Assembly (NCBI GenBank): GCA_973895155.1
Contig: OZ316894.1
Location: 12,440,828-12,504,827, forward strand
Direction: 5' to 3'
Source of the DNA: Marsupella aquatica
Taxonomy: Eukaryota; Plantae; Marchantiophyta
DNA length: 64,000 bases
Position 1 is the stretch's first letter, and every line of letters begins with the position of its first letter. Below the pieces are notes generated by a model. The model had not been told where the DNA came from. It saw nothing but the letters and a program-made list of their open reading frames with translations, and searched no databases. The position numbers were made by a program, and so were the translations under genes. Positions 38,301-49,200 of the stretch are shown piece by piece.

Positions 38301-41300
38301 GAAATAATTGAAGGTCTTTCAGAGGGGAAAGTTCATATGGAAATCAATCATGAGCTGTATGGCGAGTTGTCTCAATTTGTTGAGGTCAACACCAAGTACA
38401 AAACAGTGGAGAAGAAAGTGAGACCAGCAGCAATTCCTTTACCTTTGGATGCTAGGGAGATTTTGGAGAAGGCAGGTAAAGAGACCAGTCTTAGAGATCG
38501 GACTAAGATTGGCCACAAATTCACGAAAAAGACCCTTAATCAACTAAGGATTGGTGATGATGGGTTACTGACAAAAGAAGAGAGAGAAGAGTTTCAGCAA
38601 ATGATTGGTGAGCATGGTAAGGCTTTTGCCTTTTATCCTGAAGAGATGGGATGTGTGGATCCTAGTGTTGTTACTCCTATGGTAATTTTTACTGTCCCAC
38701 ATGTTCCTTGGGACTTGAAACCCATTCCAATGCCCAAGGCTTTGTTACCTAAACTTATTGATCTATTAAAGGAGAAGCTTTTCACTAGGATTTTGGAAAG
38801 AACAGATGCACCTTATTCTAATCGTTGGTTTACCATTCGTAAGAAAAATGGTAAACTTAGATTTATTCAGGACATGCAACCACCTAACAAGGTTACTATT
38901 CGCAATACTGGAATATGACCTATAGTAGATGAGTTTGCAGAAGAATTTGCTGGTAGAGCCATCTATTCATGCGGTGACCTCTATTCAGGCTATGATCAGT
39001 TTCAGTTGGCTCAGAGTAGTAGAGATATCACCACTATGAGGACACCTTTGGGGCTACTTCGCATGTGTACCTTGCCTCAAGGGGCAACCAACTCGGTGAC
39101 TCACATGCAGAATGCCATGAATAAGGTATTACACCGTTTCATTCCAGAGAAGACACAGCCATTCCTTGATGATATGCCAATCAAGGGATGCTTGGAGACA
39201 AGAAAGATGAGACTATACATGAAGATGGCTTGCAACAATTTGTATGGGAGCACATTCAAGATGTGAAAGCAATCTTGAAGAGGTTGATTGAGGTTGGGCT
39301 CACTCTTTCTGGTGAGAAATCTTCATTTGGGCTTCGTGAAGTCCTAATTGTAGGACAAATTTGTGGAATTGATGGGAGGAAGCCAAATGGAGAAAAAGTA
39401 GATGCAATCAATCAGATGAAAGATTGTAGGACAACTTCGGAGGTGCGAAGGTTCCTTGGCGCTTGCTTGTTCTATAGGATCTGGATTCCTCACTTTGCAC
39501 ATATTGCTGATCCTTTGTACGGATTATTGAGGAAGAATGTGCACTTTGTTTGGACAGAGGCACATAAGGAGGCTATGCAAAGGTTAAAGGAGGCCTTACT
39601 TAGCCCCCTTATTTTATGTCCCTTATGCTATGATGGAAGACCCATCATTGTCACTGTAGATTCAAGTCCTGATGCTGCTGGATGGGCGGTAGGGCGGGAT
39701 GATGAGGAGGGGAGAAGATTTGCAGCAAGGTTTGGAGCTAAGATCTTTTCAGCAAGGCAAAAGCATTACCCTCAAATCAAGCGAGAGTTGTGGGGAGCAA
39801 GGATAGCCTTGTGTCAAGAAAAAGTCTACTTGATTGGAGCACAAGTCATTCTTGAGACTGATTGTTTACCACTTTTAGGGATGATTGCTAACTGTGATAC
39901 TCCAGACATTGCTATGCTACGTTGGATAGCTTTTATTAGGATGATCAACCCCGAGCTTCGACACATTGCTGGAAAAGATAATCCAGTAGCAGATATGCTT
40001 TCAAGAGCCCGCTATGATCAGAATGAAGTGGAGGCAATTCAAGTGATGAATGGAGAGTTTGAGGTCTTAACATTTCGAGAGGAGCTCTATTCTGGAGAGT
40101 TGCTCTTGATTGAAAGGTACCTTAGTACTCTTCAAAGGCCTATTGAAATGATAGAAGAGAAGTTTCAACAATTACGGAAGAAGGCTTACAAGTTCATGCT
40201 CAAGGATGGTGTTTTATGGAGAAGGTCTTTGAAGAAAGGACATGTTCCTTGTAGAGTTCTTGATACAGATGAAGAGAAGAAGAGAGTCTTATGAGATTCT
40301 CGTGATGCTGTTGAAGCAGGACATCGAGAAGTTAGAGCTACCTATGAGCGGGTTCAAAGGTGATACTGGTGGTCAGGCATGTATGTGGATGTAAAATCCT
40401 ATGTTGGATCTTGTGAGAGTTGTCAGTATAACTCTAAAGTTTGGTTTAGAGATGGACTTAATCCCACTAGTCCTCTTTCTTTACATTTTCAGTGGGCAGT
40501 AGATGTGGTGCACATGCCATGGGGAATTAGGGGGGGCAAAGTACCATGTCCTTGCAAGAGAAGATTTATCTTCTTATGTTGAAGGAAGGGCTTTAACCTC
40601 TAACACTACAGAAGCAGTATGCAGGTTCATACTTGAAGACGTTATAGCACGTCATGGTTGTTTTGTGCAAATGAGAGCAGATAGAGGAGAGCTGAATTCT
40701 GAAGAGGCTGCAGAATTTTTCGACCGGTGCAACATCAAGCTCAAACTCACTACTGCCTACAACCCAGAAGGAAATGGAAAGATTGAGCGAGGGCACCCAC
40801 CGATAGTGAATGCCTTGGTGAAATCTTGCCGAGGAAAACCATCACTTTGGCCCAATCTTCTACCATTTGCTCTTTTGGCAGATCGAATGACATGCACTAC
40901 CACAACAGGAATTACGCCTGCCGAATTAGTCTCTGGACATTTGCCTTTGATGCCGATTGAGGAAAATGTTCAGAGTTGAAGGATGATTGAATGGCAAGAT
41001 AGAATCTCCCGAGAAAAGTTGCTGGAGCGAAGGATTGAGCACTTTAGCCAGACCAAGGAGAAGATTGAGGAGTCGTTACTAAGGCTAAAGGAGGCTCGTG
41101 AGAAGAATAAGGAACGATTTGACAAGACCCATCGTTTGAGACCAATTCCCATCCAGAATGGAGATTGGGTCTTGATCTATGAGGGAGGGTTGGAACAACA
41201 ACATTCTACTCTGAAAAAGTTTGCACGTCGTTGGAGAGGACCATTTGTGGTGGAGGAGGTTCGTCCTAATGCAACATATGTGGTAAGAAAACTTGATGGA

Positions 41301-41800
41301 GCAATTCATCGCAATCCCTATGCAGGGAAGCGAGTGAAATTGTTTAAACGACGAACTCGATTTGTGACAGAGGAAGAGTTTGAACCCGACGACTATGGGG
41401 CTTTAGATGAAGAAGACATGTAGCGATTCTAGGTGTGGTGCATACCGGAGGATGCACAGGTTTGGTAGGGGTGATGTGTCGTGATTTTCTCTTAAGTTAT
41501 AAAAAAATTGTTTGTTTTAATATGCTATAGATTATATAAGTAATTTAGTAGTTAGATTATTAAATTTAAACTTTATTAAACTTCTTTAGCTATATTAACG
41601 GACTATAGTAGTTCCACCAATGCATATGAGTAGTTCCACCAACTACAATAATATTCACCAACGCATAGTAGTTCTACCAACGCACAGTAGGTCCACCAGC
41701 GCATAGTAGTTCTACCAACGCATAGTAGGTCCACCAACGCATAGTAGTTACACCAACGCATGGTAGTTCCACCTACTAAAAGTAGTTTCACCAACTATGA
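35347..41800 (+). mobile_element. Ty3/gypsy retrotransposon internal region (gag-PR, RT-RH-IN), decayed, with no 5' LTR
   Basis: Gag with CIWCDSKEHSRREC knuckle, PR ALIDTGSEVN, RT LPQGATNS/FLDD, RH VTVDSS..YPQIKRELWG, IN AVDVVHM/RADRGE/GKIERGH, and GPF motif WRGPF. A PPT-like GGTAGGGGTGA precedes TG at ~41475. The right boundary is uncertain (41475-41990). Confidence 0.93.
41605..41800. repeat. About 19-21 nt minisatellite (TAGTAGTTCCACCAACGCA)n
   Basis: About 10 adjacent units with no unique spacers. Confidence 0.9.
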
Positions 41801-42225
41801 ACAGTACTAGCACACTCTTAGGTATTAGATGTTTGACACTTGGCCTTCATCCAAGTGCTTGGGCTTGATCCATGCCCTCTTGGTGTGCACTATAAATAAA
41901 GTGGTGAGGGGCAGTCTCCCCTCATTCCGCACTGTTTATCATTTAGGGTCACCCTAAACCCTAAACGCAAACTCTGGTCTCTCCCCCGAAATACCGTCAA
42001 ACACAAATAAACCCTTAACGATGCAAACTTTGATTCCTCCGCACCACGGATACCGATCAGCGAGTTCTAACCACCGTTAGAACGCCCTCTCACTAACCTA
42101 ACCGCTCAGTCACACACATTCGAGTTTCATGCGACGAAACTCCAAATGTACCATTGACAATGAACGCTGGAAAAAACCTGTCACGAAAAAACCTCGTCAC
42201 CTCCCAGGCATGCTCTGATACCACT

Positions 42226-42569
42226 TGTTGAGCATAGACGACATTCGTAACGGCAAGCCCATGAACCATCCAACGTACAATAGTCGACACAGAGAGATAC
42301 GTGGTTCACCTCCACATGAGGCTACGTCCACGGGAACACACAAGAGCTTTACTGCACTCTAGGCCGACCGGCCATACCAAGCATCCACAGCACAAGCTCT
42401 CCCTATCTCTCAACTAGCTCCGTAACAATGAGCCTAAGTTCCACCAGGGTCTGGCATCAGCCCTGGCTATATGCACACCAGCACTAACGCTAACATTAGC
42501 TAAGTCCTAACCCGAGTTAGAAAAACTGTGGTTAGCTCATGTGTCACAAGACTAGAGCAATATCTAACA
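42226..42569 (-). repeat. Copia 5' LTR
   Basis: Adjacent to the iMet PBS and matches 31270-31613. Confidence 0.96.
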
Positions 42570-43249
42570 CAAAAATGGAGGAGGGAAAAACTGCTGCCAA
42601 CAACTGCTGTAGCTTGGCATGACCACCCTATGCTCTATCTACAGCTAGGACACCATGAGCATACAATTATTGCCATGAAGAAGGAGGTGTAAAATGTTAA
42701 AAGCTCAAAAGAAATAAAAACATATTTTAAATGTTTGGATAGAGAGCAAGGGAACAACAAACTCAGTTGGCTTGGACTGAAGGCATGGGGAAAATAAAGC
42801 TCTTTACATGAAAGGAGAGATTTTGTTTCGTGTAATGAGCAAGGCTCAAGAGACATCGCCCTGTAGTTCGAGTGGACAGTTTGAAAATGACCTAAATGAC
42901 AATATAGTTGATGGTCTAAGGACGGTGAGTGGACGCCTTGAAAATGAAGTAGATACAAAATAGTCAATATAGAAAAAACACTTATGGGAACTTTGCAACT
43001 TGATTCTCAGTTTTCCATTCACGTAAAAGTGATGTGTGGACGCGTTGAAATGTAATAGACAAAAAAGAGCTAATTATATAAATATAAGCATGACAATAAA
43101 CTATGCAATTGGATTCTCATCTTTCCATTCATGCAAAGGTGGGGAGTGGAAAATGAAATAGATACAAAAGAGCTAATATGATAGGAAAAAACACAAGAGG
43201 GAACTATGTTGTTTGATTCTCATTTTTCCATTCATGCAAAATATATAAC

Positions 43250-43945
43250 ACAGTGCCCAAGGACAAAAAATGCCAAACCGGGAGACAAGATCCCAAAGGC
43301 AAAGCAACCCAATGAAGGGGAGGAAAAGAGGGAAAGGGCCCCAAGAAAAAACAAGCCAAGGGGTCCCAAATCCAAAAGCTGACAAAAATGTAACCACTAA
43401 AGGAGCCGTGAAGGCTAACACCCTACTGACCGGAGAACTGAAAAGCCTGGACGATAGAACTCCGGAGTAAACCGCAAAGGAGGGTCCCGAAAGCGGAACC
43501 TGGCGGGAGGCCCTAAAACCAATTGCCTCAGCCCTACGAAGGAGGGTGAAAGCCTGGGCCCTGCTTTAGCCATAAACACCTGCTGCCGAAAAAAGGTGGT
43601 GAGGACAAAAACAGGGGGGAAAGGCCTCCGCTCAATACAATAAACAACACAGGCCCGCAGTAACTGGTCGAAGGTAGGGTGGAGAGCACCAAAAACCTCA
43701 ATGGCAAAGGGGTTAAAAAGATCCCCTGGTAGTGAACTGCATAGGGTTCCTCCTTGAGCCGGGCCCCCTTGGCAGCAGCATGGCCAGGCACATGGGCGGC
43801 AACCGCGACATGGCTCACCCCAGTAGGGTCAACAACAACCACATCCCCAAGAGCACGAACCCCAACCCTAGAAAAGACCAGATCCGCCCGCCTCCGGTCA
43901 GGAAGACCATCCCGAGGGGGGAGGACATGCAAAAAGTAGCGAGTG
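43250..43945 (-). mobile_element. 3' fragment of an RLE-type (CRE/R2-like) non-LTR retrotransposon
   Basis: HVLP..RRRADLVF...LGDVVVVDPT...AAAKGARLKEEPY, followed in a shifted frame by F.PFAIEVFGAL, fits a restriction-like endonuclease. The tail at 43250-43385 resembles 26540-26655. Confidence 0.75.
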
Positions 43946-44094
43946 AATACCCTGTAACTGATATGAGAAAAGATTTCCTTAATGATATGAATAAATGACA
44001 TTGATAGATTGTGTAGTTTGATTCTTAGCTTCCCTTTCTGGTTTGTGACATTTAGTGCTACCCACAAGCTTCACGGGCAGCCTGGTGGACTGTG

Positions 44095-44243
44095 GTAGCA
44101 AGTGCTAGTACCCCAAGGTTTTGGTCAAAACCACAAGCTCACAAACCTGTCCCAAAGTTACATGAATGTGATAGCAAGTGCTAGTACCCCAAGGTTTTGG
44201 TCAAAACCACAAGCTCACAAACCTGTCCCAAAGTTACATGAAT
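44095..44243. repeat. Near-perfect 76-nt tandem duplication
   Basis: TAGCAAGTGCTAGTACCCCAAGGTTTTGG...AAAGTTACATGAAT occurs twice. Confidence 0.95.
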
Positions 44244-46205
44244 AGGATAATGTACTGGTTAGAGAGCATTGTGAGATATAATGCCCCCCAAAACAAGGGA
44301 GATAGCCCAAAGTTTTGAGGGGCTTTATTCTAAAAATTCCCCTAATTAGTACATTAATATGTTTGAAAAGGTTGAGTGATTTTTTGAGAACTGATAAGAC
44401 AAAGTAAACTTATGGATGGAAAAAATTATCGGGCCATCTAACAATTTTTTGGCATACAATTAGTTGAAAACCTGTAAGAAGTTAAAAATGGAAAATATTC
44501 AGCCATTCATTCTACTCGATTCTGGATACAATCCACCTCCTTAAGACAATCTTTTATTTTGTTTCATATGATAAAACAATTTTCTCTGTTTTACAATTTC
44601 CAAGCTTTGTGGTACTTCACATATTCTCCTAGAAGGGAAGCATTATGTAAAATTAATGCCCGGTAAAAGACAACTAAGGAAACTCACAAAAGGTTTTTCT
44701 TCTCTTGAGCGAAAAATGGAAAAACATTGGCCATCAAATACGCATGACGCCGTCATAAAAAGTTAGAAGTTAGATTCTACACCTGTGAAGTAGTGAAGTA
44801 CGCGCGGTTCTTTATGGAGTACGGTCCTCTACTGTACCTTCTTTATTACCAAGTGGGTAGGGCGGGCCGTTGATAGCCCTGCTCGCTACCGTCGAGATAC
44901 CGGGCCTCTGCCGTCGGTGAGTTCGCCCTGTGAAGCAGGAATGCAGGATCCCTCGCTCTGTTCGAATAATGGAGCGAGGACTCGAGGAGGATGATTGTTT
45001 ACATTGTCTACAGTGCTTTTGGACGCAGAGGTTCGCTGCATGATAGAATTTGGCATTGCATTGCATTGCATTGCATTTCCTTGGATTGCGCTTGCGGTCG
45101 TTGCTCGTGCTCTCGTGATCTCGTTCGCTTCGAGCTTTTGTTTGTTTCCATAGCGTTGTTTTGTTTGTTTGTGCCTGCTTCTTTCGCTTTTTTCGCGGAG
45201 CACCGTACCATAGTGGTGAAGGAGATTGGTGACGATGGGGCCCGCCGGCAATAAACGATGATCGATTCAGTGGGTTGGAATTTGAACAAGCGGTGATGAT
45301 GGCGGAATAGCAGCTGGTCCGTGGTCCGTCGCAGTTTTGTAGTAACGTGAGAGGCAGGAAAACGAGAGTAGAAAGCATCGCAGTGTGGCACAGCAAAGCA
45401 GAGAGCACATGCGCGGCTGAATGGCGAACATGAAAGGTGCAGCAGTGATGATAAAGAATGATTGGGATGGGCACGCAGGAGGTCTGTTTGTCTGTGGTTT
45501 TCGATTGAATTTTGGACGATAATTTCTTTAGACGTGGATTGTTCGATTTGGGAGTAGCGACGACAACATAGACGCAATGTGCGGGACAAGACTATAATGA
45601 ACGATGGACGAGTCGAATCTTGCCAGCGTTGTGAAGGCTCGATGAAACTGAAAACAGTTGCGTGGAACTTCACAGGAAACAGCTGTGTAATCGGGATCGC
45701 TGAGTGACGTCCAGCGGGATGGTGATGTCTGTGGATTGGATGAGCAGGTCGGGAGTGTGACGGAAGCGGTAGACGTTACTGCTTGTTTCGTCGACTCCAG
45801 GACTGGAAGAAAAACAAGGTCGGAATCTTACATTGATAGCATTTCGTTCATTTTCGTTCGTTTCATTCATGGTGCAGCTGATAGTTGTTAGGTGTCTTCA
45901 TTATGGATTTTAGCATGGCGAGGATTCCGCTGAGCCAGCCAGCCAGCCAGCAAACCAGCCAGCCGTTGTTGCAAATGTGAGGGCTCCGGTGTAGTAGTTT
46001 AGCTGTTTGCAGCTCAGGAATTTCGCAGCATTTCGTTCGGTTGATTGTCTTCCGGAACGATGAGAAGGAGCAATTATAGGCTTCTACCACAAGACAATCA
46101 CTTTACGACATAGCACGCGTTTTTATGTCTTTGATCGATGCTCTGATCTCATTTTCGCAGGGAGGTATTGTGCTGAGGTTTTATCGATAAAGGTCAGCTG
46201 CAGCA

Positions 46206-49200
46206 CTGGAACTAACGGCTTCGACGGGCCCTGGGGCTCCCTCTGGGAGCCCCAGCCCGGCATCCCATGGGAGTCGGGCCGTTCAACGACGTGGCCTGTC
46301 TCGGACATATACCACCGCAAGTTTCTCCGATGTCTTTGACAGCGAAGTTGTTCCGTCTTCATTGTCGTCAATTGCTCCTATTCTACGAGTCGCGAATGAG
46401 ATTGAAAGAGAGCGGCCACGAGTTGCATACCTTTGTGAGTATAGGAACTGATGTCCATTCTGACAAATGGGAGGCAGCAGAGAGAAATGAATCTCGATTT
46501 TTTATACTTGTAGGTCTCGCTACTATTTGTCTGCTCTCCCTTTTTACTCTGCCGGTGTGGACATTTCCGAGGATCTAAAATTATGTTCTATATTATTGTC
46601 TTTGGATGCTTTTCGACGAAAGTAGAAAGCTTCTTCGAGGACCAGAAGCAATTAATCATCCTTTCAGACTTGCACTACATTCCGTCACGAAAGGATATCT
46701 ACAAACACCGCGTCGATTGTTTTGGAAATTCTTCCACCTGGTCCGTGGTTGTTTTCATGTCGACGGTAATCTGAGGCGTCAACTGGTTGAAGATTTATTG
46801 CTTGGGGGACGATGAAGTAGTTCTCTTGACAACAATGTGATCTTGTTACCATCCGCTTGTCGTTGGCAGGCCGCTTCTATGCTTTCGAGAAGGCACACAA
46901 GCTTGATCCAACTTCGAGTGGACGAGGAGTCCGGCAATTCAAGACGGCATTGCTGCAACGACTTGAAAGGGTAGAGTCATTGTTCAATCCAATGTGTGCA
47001 ACGAGTGGCAACTTACCACGGTCAAATTGCTGTAGCGGTGCTTCCGACAGCCCTCTGAAAACTTGGTGGCTAACTAGCCAGTGACAGATTTTTAAATGTT
47101 AAGCATTATTACCAGAAAAGTGATGTGGGTCGCTGTTCCAGTGAAGAGGTGAAGTGCGTCTAGGTCGCGTTGCTTTGTTTCGTAGAAGGGACTGCAGATG
47201 GCAGCTTTGAACTGGGAGGCCGAATTCAACGATAATTCTTTGGATGCTGGTCCAGAGGTCGGTTGAAAGAGCTTCATTCCCACTGGAGGTCATGTAGGTG
47301 ACGGAATGGTCTATTAACGAAGTTCTTGACGCACAGGATAATGGACCCACTCTCGCGGCCCGGCACAGGCGGAGTGACGCACGAGAAATGCAGAGTTTCT
47401 ACCAGAATTATTACGATAACTACGTCAAAGCCCTGGATGGAACTGAGCATTCTGACCGGTGAGTTAATACGGTGTTCTTAGTCCTGTAGCGGAGGATGGT
47501 CTCCTACCTAAGTGGGATGTGACTTAAACATGGCTGGACTAGCGGTTTTCTTTGTCAAGTTATGGGATTGTAAGATCAACTCCGCTGAACTAACGAAATT
47601 TGGACAATGAGGTTTACAACTGGACGTAAAATCAGATTCACTTCGCCTCTCACAATGGTACATGAAAAGCAGGTCGAAGATTGTCAAAATGGCAATACTT
47701 TCAGTACGTAAGTTTCATGAAAGGGAACGTCAGTTGGTGGACTAGACGCACGCTGATGCCTACAGCACCGCGCACTTATACAATCTTTAGTGCTAGGAGT
47801 TATATCCTCCCTCGAGCTGTCTTAAACCTCCCTACTATCAGGATTCTCAGTCCTGTCTTTTCCGAATTGGACATAGATTTTTTCCAGCAACGTCGAGTTT
47901 GTTCAAAACTTGGTTCAGGTTGCAACTATGGTAGATGTGAGCTGTTTAGACTGGTGTTTGCTGTGACTCCCCACCTCTTTGTTTGGAGGTCGTATCTTGT
48001 ACTAGGAGTCCAGTAAATCTCCTTCTGTCTTCGGGGCTACGGTCACCTTTTTCCATTCTCCTATTCGGATTCTCAGTCCATCTTTTCTGAACGTTGGACT
48101 TTGATTTTTTCCAGCAACGTCGAGTTTGTTCAAAACGTATAGCACGAGGTTGCAACTATGGTGGATGTGAGCTGTTTAGACTGGTGTTTGTTGTGACTCC
48201 TCACCTGTCTGTGTCGTATCTTGTCACTAGTGGTGTTTGCTGTGACTCCCCCACCTGACTGTTCCGAGGTCGTATCTTGTCACTAGGGGTTCAGTATACT
48301 TCGTTGTGTTTCCGGGCTACGATTACCTGTTTCTAGATGGCTGTGAAGTGTAAAACGAAATTTTTGGGAACAGCAGTCCTAACAGACGTACTTGCCTTTT
48401 CGTAGTGCGCAACTGGCCAAGGCTTACCAGACTGCCGGGATTCTTTTCGAGGTGCTTACTGCCGTGAATAAGAGTGAACAGGCAGAACCCCCTCCTGAGG
48501 TAAGTATCCGTCATCAATTATACATGAAATGAACAGTTCCATTTCTTCCTGGTTCACGATAATTGCTGCCAGGTGGGTCTCTCTCGTTCTTCTGCTTGGC
48601 CTGGAAAGTAGTCTCAGCATTTGTTTTTGGACAGGATTCCGCTTTAATGTATTCCTTTTCCTTCCTCGGCAGATCATTGCGGCAAGTAAAATTGTCGAGG
48701 AAAGGCAGGAAATCCTTCAGCCCTTCAATATTCTACCTCTAGATGCGGCAGGTGCTTCACAAGCTATCATTCAATTGCCTGAGGTACACTACATTGGTTT
48801 CAAGAATAAGTTAACTGGGATGACAATTTTCTGGCTAAATCCAAATTTTGGAGTTCACCACAGTTGTGAATTGTTACAATCTGCGAAGTCATGAAACACA
48901 CTATAGTATTCAAGGCGTATAGTCCATCTTTCTGTCCTGAGAGGGATTTTTGTTTGGAAGGTTGAAGTTGCCTACTGAAGTCAGTCTACACTGCAGATAA
49001 AGGCATCTGTTGAGTCTCTACGCAACATTCGTGGATTGCCCTGGCCTCCAGGATGGGAGCAGGGGCGGCACAAGTCCGGGGAGCTGGATTTACTCGATTG
49101 GCTGCAGTCTATGTTTGGATTTCAGGTAATTTCGAATTTTCTTGGCTGTCCTGGCACACAAAACTTGCTCCCGTAGCAACCGGTTATTTCCGGAAGGACG

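Larger units (their letters stand above)
31270..42569 (-). mobile_element. Ty1/copia LTR retrotransposon (Tnt1/Tork-like), decayed, carrying a gypsy insert
   Basis: 344-nt TG...CA LTRs at 31270-31613 and 42226-42569. 5-nt TSD CAAAA on both sides. PBS TGGTATCAGAGC (iMet) at 42223-42212. PPT AAGGGGGAG adjacent to 31613. Confidence 0.96.

Noticed and set aside
41605-41800. Repeat array next to a reverse transcriptase, suggestive of retron, DGR or CRISPR-RT systems
   Set aside because: The RT is a standard LTR gypsy pol, and the array is a spacerless minisatellite in LTR/UTR sequence.
44812-45673. Two ~220-aa minus-strand ORFs
   Set aside because: No recognisable motifs. They lie antisense to the probable 5'UTR intron of callose synthase and include a microsatellite.
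46267-46578. ORF-track [12 protein letters not shown]... as the callose synthase start
   Set aside because: It is out of frame with the conserved [10 protein letters not shown] sequence.
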